Assembly: GCA_964019425.1 (NCBI GenBank) | Contig: OZ025783.1 | Location: 1,116,001-1,180,000 of the forward strand | Length of the DNA: 64,000 nucleotides | From: Flectonema sp. DT1601 | Lineage: Eukaryota | Direction: 5' to 3' | Part shown: one piece after another, positions 25,101 to 35,940 of the stretch | Layout: every line of letters begins with the position of its first letter | Position numbering within the stretch: position 1 is the first letter of the stretch | Position numbers and translations under genes: made by a program | The notes under the pieces: model-generated | The model's database searches: none | What the model saw: the letters and a program-made list of their open reading frames with translations, nothing else | Told to the model about the DNA's origin: nothing

Positions 25101-28100
25101 GTTTACACAACAATATTGGATCAGTTGGCTCTCCAGCTGACATCCTCGCTGAGTAGCTGTCAGCTATTTCACAGCTGTCATTTTTCGGTTCGCCCATGAT
25201 GTCAGGATTTAGGTATAAAAATGATTCTTTATCGTGTTCAAGGTTGCTGTTATCTCTTTTATACAACATTCCTATTGCAGCACCACATTTAGGAAGCCGT
25301 TGATACACTCCATCAGCTGCCGTCATTTCTCTCTTGTCTCCATTTTTTAACACCAGCGTATTAAATATTGTTCTGTTTGATACTTCAGTTAGACCAAGAG
25401 AGACTTGCCAAGAATCACCAGGATCAGACCCTGACACAGTCATAGCTAATGTGTCATGTACAGGTATTCTTAACTTGATAACTCCATTGGTGTAGTTAAA
25501 CGATGTTGAGTCAGTTGGATAAATACAGTCGACTGTAAGAACAGGTTTCTTATTACCAACAATAGCGAAGAATGGATGTTTGCATGCTTTAGTAGTGTAC
25601 AAAGACCATCTACCAAGAGGATGGTTTTCATTTATTGATAACGTTGCTCGTAAAGAACCCGATTCAGATATGTACGAAGCAGTCCATTTACGAGATCTAA
25701 CAACTCTGACGTAGCGTAAAGGAGATTCTAAATAATGCTGAAGTTCTTTGACGTAGATTTTCCAGTTATCGCAATCAACTCTGGCATTGAAATCCTCATG
25801 GCTATCATCTAACACAAATCTAAATCTCTTTGGTAGTATAGTCAACAACACATCATGTACTACAGAGAAGTCAAGTCTAACTAAATTCTCAATCGGTTCG
25901 AATACGTGTTGTGGATTTCCAGCACATCCAACACAGGAAGTGTAATTACAACTTTTACACTTCACAATTTGATTATTTGATAAAGTCCCACTCTCACAGC
26001 TGCAGTGCATCGCAGCTTTGTGAAATGATAAAAAGTAATCTAATCCTTTATTCTGATTACATGACTCGACATCTTTTATAAAAGTAGATTGAAAGTCTGT
26101 TGGTTCAGTGCTATCGAGTACAGGTAGTTCTGTTCTTCTGTTGATTGGATCACTATTTTTAGTATTTTTAACCGTAAGAGGGAAAGCTGTAAGTATCGAT
26201 GAGATAATACAAGCACCAACAACAGTACTACTCATTGCATTCCCAGCTAAGTCTGCCAGCTGACGATCAGTTTCACGAGTAAGAACCAAATCATCGATTG
26301 GAATCCCTTGTAAGAAAAGTGTTTCCGCTCCGATAATTGGTCCTCCTCTGTTAGAAATGTATGCAATCATAGTTGGAGTGAGACATGGACAGATTCCACG
26401 TGCTGATGAATTCCCTCTATCAACATTCTGTGATAGATTCCATACTCGACATCTCCAATGAGCATCATCAGGATCACTACCATTACCACATCCTAAGTAT
26501 CTCAGATCAATTAAATCATTTACACGATTTGGTTGACCAGCAATCCACTGCTGCCAACTCCAATCAGGTGGTTTGACTCCGCCCTCATTCCAATTTGTGA
26601 CTGGTCGCTTTGGTCCTAATCCTCCAGAATTCCTCTCCTTTGCATGTCGAAGTTCACATCGACCCCAATCAATCTTTTTACGAGCTAACTTTACAGTTAC
26701 TTTATTCTTTGCTTGTAAGACTCGCGGATCATCATCAGGAAGGAGGAAGTGATCGAGTACTGGACCTGAAAACTTTTCTAATGATGCCACCATGTTACCC
26801 CACGCCTGAAGCTTTGATGGAGTTCCATCTAATGCAGCACAAAGATAACCACGTTGACGAGTTTGAGGAATGTAATAATTCTTCGTATCGAGACGTAGAT
26901 ATCCCGCGTGGTATCTCTTACCGCCGGGCAGCTTGAGTTGATTAAAAAGGTTGGCCATTTCATCCCAAGGAGCGCCTCTGACATTCTCAAGGATAACAAT
27001 CTTTGGAGCGTATTTCTTTACGTAGTCGAGCATTCCTTTAAATGTTTGACCCGACTGACCACCTTCATCAATACCTTTTCTGAATTTATTAATGGTACTG
27101 AAATCCTTACAAACAGTTCCTGCAATAACAATATCAACCTGTCCAGGGACGGGTACTGAACTACCGTAAGCGGTGGTTGCCTTTGGATTTGCGAGTTCTC
27201 GAATGTCGCGAAAAAGAAGTTTTGGATGAAAGTTTCTCTCAATATAAGCTTGTTTATAAGGTTCTATTTCACAACTAAACACGTGGTTGAATATATGAAC
27301 ACCAAAAGCCTTCTCAAACATCTTCAGTGCGAGTAAAGGAGACTCGGTACCTGAACACATCGTCGCAACTTCTATCGGTCTTGAAATGCCTTTTAAATTC
27401 CTAATCAATTGAGGGTGAAGTTTTGTTAATTTGGCTGCCATGTCAGAAAACATGTCCTGAGGCTGTGAGATAACATTCTCTAGCAACAGAGGATTGTGTT
27501 TTAGGATTTCTTTTTTTTGAGCTTGAGTCATCTGTGAATTCGGTTTTATAAGTGAGGAACCGACTACTGGTTGCTTCTCTACTTGTTTGTTAGTCTTTTT
27601 TTTAACTTGCTTTTTAACTTGTCTTTTAACCTTTGGTCTGGAATCACTACTACTACTACTGCTATCACTGGTAAACCCACTAATGTAACTGCTAGAGCTA
27701 ACTGTTGAACTGATAGTGCTCCAGTCGTCATAGTTTTTCTTTACGTTTTGTTTTTTAGCTGGTTTTTGTTTTTTAACTGCCGGTCCCTTAGTTGGTGCCT
27801 GCTTTTTCTTCGTTGGTGGTAGAGGCTTCTTCACTAGTTTTGATTTCTTCATTGGTTTCTTAGACACCAACAACTCTACAGAAGAACTTGATATTGAAGA
27901 GGAAGAACTGGAACTATCAGAAGTAGTTTCAGTGGGGCTTTCACTGGTGTCTTCTTCCGATAAGACATTTAGAAGTGCGACACATCCTGACACAGAGCGT
28001 CCAGGAACAACACCAAACCTAACCTTTCCAAAAGGCATATTCGTCTTACTCTTAATTTGATAACAAACATAAGTTGGTTTACCGTCGACCATTATCAGAC

Positions 28101-29115
28101 CACTTAGCATGAATTTAGGTGGTGTTATCACAACAAAACTAACTGGTCGAACACCTCCAATACATCTGGCAATTCGAGGACAGATGATTTCAAAAAGTCC
28201 AGGTGGAGGTTCATATTGTTTCAATTCATCTGAATTCATCGTGTGAGGAATTATCTTTGCAATCTGACTGAGAGATAGCCTAGCTCTAAGTTGATCAATT
28301 TGAGACTGAGTTAATGGAGGAGGACTTTTACAAACATCGTAATCACAACGACAAGCAGCCCATTTTAGTAAAGTAGCGACAGCTCCTACAAAATCTTCAG
28401 AAAACCCTTCCACAGTATTTTGATCTATTACCTCACAGGCAGGTTTTGGAATCGCAGCATCTTTCCAAGCAGATAGTTCTGCTCCCCATTCACCTTGGCG
28501 GTTATTTTTGATGGCAGGTCCGTATTCCATCGCTGATTTATATTCACTTGATACTCGATACCAATTCTTAAAGAGAGATGACTGCACCCATATACCTCCC
28601 CAGGTATCTGTGTGTGGTTGTTGATCAGAAACCTTCCTCACGTGGAATTGAACTGGAGCTGGTTCACCAGGAACAAGCTGACCCATAAAGCAACCCTGAG
28701 CAGTACCACTGACAGTAACACTTTTGTTATTTTGTAGAGCGTCTGATATGGTTGAGTAACCTTCAACAAGAACTCCTTCGATTTTGAACTGAGGATTGAA
28801 GAGATGTCTATTAGGACCTTCCTCACCTACTAATTCAGCTACTGTTTTAGCGTAAGCAATACCAGCGCAGTCTTTACCACATTCATCTAGTAAGCAGAAT
28901 GGATCTGCGTCGCGGAGGATGTCAAGCTGACAGGCATCCTCTTCAGGAACTATTTCCATTAAAAGTTTGATTGCCTCTCTATGAGAATCATCTAGTGCCA
29001 TTGGAACTGGATAGTTCAACCTATCTAGGATCTCAATCAACAGTATCATGCATCCTGTTTGCAGCTGAACTTGTGACTTCAAGTCTGCCGACTCGGTCAT
29101 ATTATCGACCTCCAT
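22152..29115 (-). CDS. DNMT5: DNMT5-type cytosine-5 DNA methyltransferase-SNF2 ATPase; join(22603..29115, 22152..22535)
   Basis: MTase motifs ATMCSGTESP, SCEIEP, IAGTVCKDFS, LENV, PQTRQRGY, LAGNAMS. SNF2 motifs GGVLADEVGYGKT, IVDEF, LLSGTP; RING-like CCGHYGC..CPVRGC. A GTATGT...AAAACAG intron at 22536-22602 joins EKVL|AFIQF to the helicase-C exon (GLNLTQA, QAVGRAHRFGQ). Confidence 0.93.
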
Positions 29116-29383
29116 AAACTAAACAAGATTATAGCTGAACCTGTTATGCAAATAATATTTGTGAAATAGTAACACGGAATTCAGAGTTGATATATTCTTA
29201 CTGGGGGAGTAAGCAAACTTATGAATGAGGGAGAATGGAAGGGGGGAAAAAGAAAAACAATAGCAGGAAAAAAAAAAAAAAAAAAAAAAAACATTAAAAC
29301 AAAATAAAAACACTTGATACCGTAAGACTCCTGATATATATGACAAAACGTGTGAGGAAAAAATAACGAACTACAAGAACGAA

Positions 29384-30478
29384 CTACAAGGCTTTTTTAC
29401 TTCTCTTAATACCTGACATTACAGCAGGTCCTACCTCTTCGGATGCTGTAGGTGCAGGTGCCTTTCTCTTTTCCTTCTTTCCCCGGTGGGCCTTAAAGTT
29501 TCTAGTACCCATGGTAGCTAATTCCTTAGACTGATGACCAACGTGAATAGTTCCCTTAACACCGTGCATGTCTTTTGATATGTTCTTTTCATTCTTCTGA
29601 ACTTGTCCTCTTGGAACCTTACACGCGTGACTGTTGTGTTTTGTTTTGTTTTGTTTTTCGAATGAATCTAAACTAAAAGGATAAATAACTAAACACTCAT
29701 ACCGAAACAGTTGAGGTGTTGCGAGTAAACATCTACGAACATCAAAATCAATATTTGGACCAGCGTCTTCTAATTCAACTTTTGGAATCTTCTCTCCTGA
29801 TTTCTTAAACGCAACGTTGTAATGACGAAATAATATAACAGCATTGTTTATTGTACTTCCATCATCAGATACGGTGATTTCCTTACTCACGTCTTTTGGT
29901 TTGAGGGTTACGGAAATCAAGTGATCAAGACCTCCCAAATGTACCTTAGTGATAACCTGTCCTCTGAAGAAGTCAACTAGTAAGTTTTGAACTCTCTGTA
30001 AAGTTGGGTGAGTTGAAAACATCTCACCCTGGAAATGCATTATAGGTTTACTTCCGACAGCTATACGAGCATCACGCATGGCTTCATATTTAGTAACTCC
30101 CAGTTCTAACATGTCTAATAGTTGGTAATCAAAGTGCCTTCCAAGAGTAATGTTGTGAGGCCTCTTTTGCTTGCTGTGATTTCCAAAACAAAATAACGAG
30201 CAGTCATTTTTAAATGACAAGAATTCTAAATGTTTTGATTCTTCAAATGGTCTGAACTCGTTCTTTTTTGTAAATTTAACTGCGTTGGGTTTCTTCAATA
30301 AAAACAAGTCAGTCATCACATCTTGAGCTACTTGACTGCATTTTTCTCCTTTTAAAAATAAAGCAGATTTCGTGTTTTCTACAAGCTTAGGAAGTACTTT
30401 TTTCAACGCTACTTTTGATCTGTGATTCTTTGGGGCTCCGCGGACGAGACCGCCGGAGGTAGTGTGGCCGCTTACCAT
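29384..30478 (-). CDS. RPF2: Ribosome biogenesis Brix-domain protein RPF2, with a 72-nt in-frame intron at 29631-29702
   Basis: ENTKSALF, LKKPNA, PFEE...LEFLS.KNDCSLF.FG.HSK.KRPHN, DMLELG, VELEDAGP. Removing GTATGA...ACACAACAG deletes a non-homologous stretch (LFR|HACKVP). Confidence 0.92.
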   Translation of the reverse strand: MVSGHTTSGGLVRGAPKNHRSKVALKKVLPKLVENTKSALFLKGEKCSQVAQDVMTDLFLLKKPNAVKFTKKNEFRPFEESKHLEFLSFKNDCSLFCFGNHSKQKRPHNITLGRHFDYQLLDMLELGVTKYEAMRDARIAVGSKPIMHFQGEMFSTHPTLQRVQNLLVDFFRGQVITKVHLGGLDHLISVTLKPKDVSKEITVSDDGSTINNAVILFRHYNVAFKKSGEKIPKVELEDAGPNIDFDVRRCLLATPQLFRYECLVIYPFSLDSFEKQNKTKHNSHACKVPRGQVQKNEKNISKDMHGVKGTIHVGHQSKELATMGTRNFKAHRGKKEKRKAPAPTASEEVGPAVMSGIKRSKKAL

Positions 30479-31162
30479 TATTAATGTGGAGTGGCTGAAA
30501 TAAAAAAAATTACTTGAGAAACTCTGGTGTAGTTCCCAAAAATGAATCGACTTAACTATCGACATACCTGTGACTGAAATAAAAAGAACTACTTTTTTAT
30601 CAACTCAAGAAGTGATTGAATTGTCGGGTGACCCCGTCATTTAATCTCTCTTTTTTTCTTATATCCCTTCTAATGGGCAAAGTGAATGGGGTAACTCAAG
30701 GTATGTACTAAAAGAGTAAATAATTGTTTTACAATCTCGTGTGTTTTTTTTTTTTTTTTTTTTTTCCCCTGTCTGCATCTTGGGGAAATTCTAGTTGCCT
30801 AGCTAAGAACGAGAAAACAGGTTCACTGTGACGGTGTCATCTACCTCAACATGTCGTTATAGTTATTGGTTATTATGACCTCAGTAAATAGATAAAGTAT
30901 TGAGGTAGCAGATAAACTTTTTTTCAAAAATATAATAAATAAATGAAAGTTCCTCAACCTTTCAACTAGTCATAAAGTACTAAAGAGAAATAATAAAATT
31001 AACTTCCGTACAAAGAGACTTGTCAAAAAGGGAAGTGACTTAAAGTATCTATGATTAGGTGAACCTCTGACAACCATACACTTGTTGATTCATTGACTTC
31101 ATACTACTGACTCGGATGTCGTACTTCAGATTGAGAAGAACGAGATGGAGACAACACGAAAT

Positions 31163-31197
<35 letters not shown>

Positions 31198-31482
31198 AAG
31201 TAAAAGAAATGAACAAGTATCACGCGAGCAGTGCAGGGTGGGGATGGGGAAATGACCCACATAACAAGAAACGGAAACGGATAAATTAGAAGAAAAGAAA
31301 AAGGAAATTGTAGCCTCTGCTAAGACAACATGAAATAATGAAACAAAACACCTCTATGCTGTTAATCAATGCACAGGTTCCTAAGCAACACTTTTATTCG
31401 TGTAGTAGGAAGTTACTACACTAAACTGATTCAATTGGTTATAACAATTCGTAGCAAGATTCCAACATGCAACGTTAATTGC

Positions 31483-34400
31483 TTAACTCAGACTCGGAAT
31501 GTACGGAGCTGGCGGGATCGAACCGGCCAGAGTATCTTTTATCTGTTTGGGTTTTGTGGTATTTTCCATTCTTTTCGACATCAAAGGAATTATTAAAGTA
31601 GTCTAACCCCAGCCATTGACCTCCTTGTGTATGATGATGTGATAATGCAGAAGAGGAGAAGCAGTTCGTAAATAGTAATTCTAGCCGAGTATGTTGCTAA
31701 CTTGAGCTTAAAGAACATTTTTATAAACGAACAAACAACCATTACGAGTGCTGCAGGGTCACATACCCCAGTAGCTAAAAACGGGGGATTCGTCTCCCTG
31801 TCAGGGCGATCGGACTCTTCCGCCGTCATGACATACGTTCGAAGTTGTTTTGATTGTCCGGGTAATAGGACTAATACTACCCCAGCCATTGACCTCCTTG
31901 TGTATGATGATGTGATCATGCTTGAGGCTGGTTGTACCGAGGCATTGTGATTAGTACTTTAGTGGCGTAATTCACGAGGTGTGTAAAAGAAAGCTTTTGA
32001 GGAGAATCAGTAAATTGAAAACATCGTCGAAGCACACGGCTCAGGTCTTGAAACACATTTAATTTAATATCATCAGAGAAAGGTGGAGAACGGAGACTGA
32101 CAAAACACCACAAGTGACACCCGAAGGTGATTGAAGTGATTGAATATGATGCAAAGAGAGAGCGTGTCAAAATGTTTAATTTAATACAAAGCTTCTCAAG
32201 GAAAGAATAGTAATTCTAGCCCCAGTCATTGACCTCCTTGTGTATGATGATGTGATCATGCTTGAGGCTGGTTGTACCGAGGCATTGTGATTGCGAGAGT
32301 GTGTGGATGTGTGTTGCGCGTGGGTTGCGCAACTCACACAAAGTGTCAAAGAAGACATCAGAAAGAGGAGAAACAGTTCGTAAAATAGTAATTCTAGCCT
32401 CAGCCATTGACCTCCTTGTGTATGATGATGTGATCATGCTTGAGGCTGGTTGTACCGAGGCATTGTAATTGAGAGTGTGCGTAGATGCGTGTTGTGTGGG
32501 GGCTGCGTAATTCACAAGGTGTGTCAAAGAAGACATCAGAAAGAGGAGAAACAGTTCGTAAAATAGTAATTCTAGCCTCAGCCATTGACCTCCTTGTGTA
32601 TGATGATGTGATCATGCTTGAGGCTGGTTGTACCGAGGCATTGTAATTGAGAGTGTGCGTAGATGCGTGTTGTGTGGGGGCTGCGTAATTCACAAGGTGT
32701 GTCAAAGAAGACATCAGAAAGAGGAGAAACAGTTCGTAAAATAGTAATTCTAGCCTCAGCCATTGACCTCCTTGTGTATGATGATGTGATCATGCTTGAG
32801 GCTGGTTGTACCGAGGCATTGTAATTGAGAGTGTGCGTAGATGCGTGTTGTGTGGGGGCTGCGTAATTCACAAGGTGTGTCAAAGAAGACATCAGAAAGA
32901 GGAGAAACAGTTCGTAAAATAGTAATTCTAGCCTCAGCCATTGACCTCCTTGTGTATGATGATGTGATCATGTTTGAGGCTGGTTGTACCGAGGCATTGT
33001 GATTGAGAGAGTGTGTGGATGCGTGTTGTGTGTGGGTTGCGAAATTCACAAGGTGTGTAAAGGAAAGCTTTTGAGGAGAATCAGTAAATTGAAAACATCG
33101 TCGAAGCACACGGCTCAGGTCTTGAAACACATTTAATTTAATATCATCAGAGAAAGGTGGAAAACGGAGACTGACAAAACACCACAAGTGACACCCGAAG
33201 GTGATTGAAGTGATTAAATATGATGCAAAGAGAGAGCGTGTGTGAAAATGTTTAATTTAATACGAAGCTTCTCAAGGAAAGAATAGTAATTCTAGCCCCA
33301 GCCATTGACCTCCTTGTGTATGATGATGTGATCATGCTTGAGGCTGGTTGTACCGAGGCATTGTAATGGAGAGTGTGTGTTGCGTGGGGGGCTGCGTAAT
33401 ACACAAGGTGTGTCAAAGAAGACATCAGAAAGAGGAGAAACAGTTCGTAAAATAGTAATTCTAGCCCCAGCCATTGACCTCTCTGTGTATGATGATGTGA
33501 TCATGCTTGAGGCTGGTTGTACCGAGGCATTGTAATGGAGAGTGTGTGTTGCGTGGGGGGCTGCGTAATACACAAGGTGTGTCAAAGAAGACATCAGAAA
33601 GAGGAGAAACAGTTCGTAAAATAGTAATTCTAGCCCCAGCCATTGACCTCTCTGTGTATGATGATGTGATCATGCTTGAGGCTGGTTGTACCGAGGCATT
33701 GTGATTAGTACTTTAGTGGCGTAATTCACAAGGTGTGTAAAAGAAAGCTTTTGAGGAGAATCAGTAAATTGAAAACATCGTCGAAGCACACGGCTCAGGT
33801 CTTGAAACACATTTAATTTAATATCATCAGAGAAAGGTGGAAAACGGAGACTGACAAAACACCACAAGTGACACCCGAAGGTGATTGAAGTGATTAAATA
33901 TGATGCAAAGAGAGAGCGTGTCAAAATGTTTAATTTAATACAAAGCTTCTCAAGGAAAGAATAGTAATTCTAGCCCCAGTCATTGACCTCCTTGTGTATG
34001 ATGATGTGATCATGCTTGAGGCTGGTTGTACCGAGGCATTGTAATTGAGTGTGTGCGTAGTGTGTAGGGGCTGCGTAATACACAAGGTGTGTCAAAGAAG
34101 ACATCAGAAAGAGGAGAAACAGTTCGTAAAATAGTAATTCTAGCCTCAGCCATTGACCTCTCTGTGTATGATGATGTGATCATGCTTGAGGCTGGTTGTA
34201 CCGAGGCACATCATTAATAAAGATGACATTAACATTCCATGATAAGGAAAGAATGAAGTACTAGTCCTGAAGTTGAACAACACACCTGTTTCAATTCAGC
34301 TATTGCGAGAAGGTATGCATTGGCCTGGTCAACTTTTTCTTCAGATGAAAGATTCTTTCGCTCGTGTTCGAACCACGTTGACCTGTTTGGTAAAATGTGA

Positions 34401-35940
34401 AGTTGCTTCCACAAAGAAGACATCAACTGTCTATAAACAATAAAACATACTGGAACTGAGTGAGAATTCCTTGCAGACGCTTTGAAAGATCGACATTTGA
34501 TTTTTGAAGCCTATCAAGTTGAGCCTTTGGTGTCATCCCTGACATTGTTGATAACACTGGTGATGCTGATTGTTTAGTTGCTGAAGGTTTAACTTCCTGT
34601 GGTACTGGTACCAATGGTGCAGGAGCGCGTCTTAGTGGTGCTTCATCTGTGACGGCAACTGCGTGCCTCCGTGGAAGGAAAGCTTTGAGAGGTGAACCAG
34701 ACCAATCGACAGCTTTTTCAACAAAAACTGTCACGTCCTCTACAGGAGGATATCTCATCAAACGTTTTAACGTTCCGCTGTAGTCTCTCGACTGTAATTC
34801 TTTACTAACAAAGCTAAGCATAGCTGCTCCAATTAAAGGTAACAATCCCATCTCTAAAGGTGTTAATCCACTATCACTGTATGAGATAGTCGCACTGTTA
34901 TTAACTGAATGGTAAAGTAGTTCTGTTAGGACTGCATCCCAAAGAGGAGCGGATCCACTTATATCGAATTCTCTTATAAACCAAACTCTGAACCATCTTA
35001 ATGCGTAAACTGTTGGTTCAACACCGTGTTGATGAAGATGTTTTGCTAGTTTAGCATCATAACACGGTAAGATAGTACTCTGTAATCTTGAACACAGTCT
35101 GGTTATCGGTGTTTCTTCATCTGGATTTTTACTGCGATCTCGAACAACTTTATACCAACTCTTCAGATTTGATTCCTTTCCGTTCATTAGTCGATCGAAT
35201 AAGAAATAAGCGTCAGCTTCGATATCAGCTGTTTGTGTTGGTAACATAATCTCAAGAATATCAAGTATTTCAGGAGATATTGATTGCTTTATAGCTGGTG
35301 TTGCTGTCTTTAAAGAATGACCATCGTACCATAAAAAGTAAACAAATGAAGAGACCAAATCATGCATCCCTTGTCGATATCCAGTGTCTAAGTTCTCTAA
35401 TGAGAATGTCTTAAGAATATTGAGCATGAGAGCTCTGATTTCAGGTTTCTCGAATAGGATGTCATCACCAGACATTCTGGTGAGATCTTTTTCTATTTCG
35501 CGTTGAACTTGTTTTTGTTTGAAGTAAATACTCCATCTTGAATCTTTGTCATCGGAGAGTGGATTCTCTACCATCAACAACTCATCATCTTCATCATCGA
35601 CATCAGCATGAGGATCAACGTGATGCTTCTCTTTGTGAGAGTGATATAATTTCCGTTTTTCCATAACATCCACTTCCCATTGATCGAGAATCTCAGCTGC
35701 TGTCATTTTCTTACTCTCGGCTTTCGGAGGATGCGATACTTCACCGAGGAATATTTTCCAATATATTGATCTGATATTCGTTTTTTTCATTCTACCCATC
35801 CCTGCCCGGTATGCGTTCTCTATAGTATAATTTGAGAGAAGCTCTTCAAGCTCGGTCACCATTTCTTTCAGAAGACAGGGTCGTATCGGTTCAGGGATAG
35901 ATTCTTCATCACTGGTGCTTTCATCAAAGCGACTGGTCAT
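31483..35940 (-). CDS. TBC1D5: Rab-GAP TBC1D5-like protein; join(34451..35940, 34286..34382, 31483..31542)
   Basis: RSIYWKIFLG, NPLS....SRW, IEKDLTR, GYRQGMHDL, EADAY, YALRWFRVWF.REF, LMRYPPVEDV. Splicing yields the C-terminal motif AIAELKQ|IKDTLAGS, matching the TBC1D5 LKQIKDIL.GS motif. Confidence 0.88.
32007..32076 (-). ncRNA. Box C/D snoRNA, copy 1, with an LSU rRNA guide
   Basis: UGAUGA (C)...GUGUUUCAAGAC-CUGA (D')...CGACGA (C'-like)...CUGA (D). The 12-nt guide is the perfect complement of the conserved LSU sequence GUCUUGAAACAC. Confidence 0.85.
33081..33150 (-). ncRNA. Box C/D snoRNA, copy 2
   Basis: Boxes and guide identical to copy 1. Confidence 0.85.
33761..33830 (-). ncRNA. Box C/D snoRNA, copy 3
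   Basis: Boxes and guide identical to copy 1. Confidence 0.85.

Larger units (their letters stand above)
31598..34207 (-). repeat. Tandem array: short units of ~169-178 bp and long units of ~340-365 bp around a 72-nt conserved core
   Basis: Core copies start (plus coordinates) at 32212, 32390, 32568, 32746, 32924, 33288, 33457, 33626, 33966 and 34136. A copy with an altered tail lies at ~31876-31943 and a truncated copy at ~31598-31648. Confidence 0.95.
32212..34207 (-). ncRNA. Single-hairpin H/ACA-like (AGA-box) pseudouridylation guide RNA, 10 intact 72-nt copies (e.g. 32390-32461)
   Basis: Minus-strand GCCUCGGU-ACAACCA-GCCUC-loop-GAGGU-CAAUG-GCUGAGGC-U-AGA-AUU: 8-bp lower stem, bipartite pocket, upper stem, and AGA box 14 nt from the pocket top. 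Copy variants in the lower stem interchange U-G and U-A pairs. Confidence 0.75.
31543..34285 (-). other. 2743-nt last intron of TBC1D5, hosting a snoRNA array
   Basis: Donor CAG|GTGTGT at 34285; acceptor ACAAAACCCAAACAG|ATAAAAGAT at 31543. The join restores a conserved peptide motif and gives an in-frame stop. Confidence 0.82.

Noticed and set aside
31505..31530. tRNA-like GGTTCGATCC (also at ~60128-60137 and GGTTCGA at ~21918)
   Set aside because: No cloverleaf or matching A box; the first instance is coding sequence of the last TBC1D5 exon.
32420..32461. Plus-strand C/D snoRNA reading of the core (ATGATGA...CCGA)
   Set aside because: Antisense to the host gene, too short, no canonical CUGA box D. 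The minus-strand hairpin-AGA fold explains the conservation better.
31593..33924. Repeated short ORFs (MITSSYTRRS..., MSSLTHLV...) in the array
   Set aside because: By-products of the tandem repeat; unit lengths shift frame and there is no protein signature.
31598..34207. CRISPR-like repeat-spacer array
   Set aside because: Spacers are themselves repeated and homologous, the core is 72 nt, there are no cas genes, and the context is a eukaryotic intron.
34267..34285. 19-nt intron GTGTGT...TTCAG ending TBC1D5 before the array
   Set aside because: It gives KQD-stop and loses the conserved IKD.L.GS motif supplied by exon 31483-31542.
34431..34450. 20-nt micro-intron GTATGTTTTATTGTTTATAG in TBC1D5
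   Set aside because: It is in frame, but the CCAAACAG acceptor at 34383 is also in frame and gives a 68-nt intron typical of this window. Kept only as a possible alternative acceptor.
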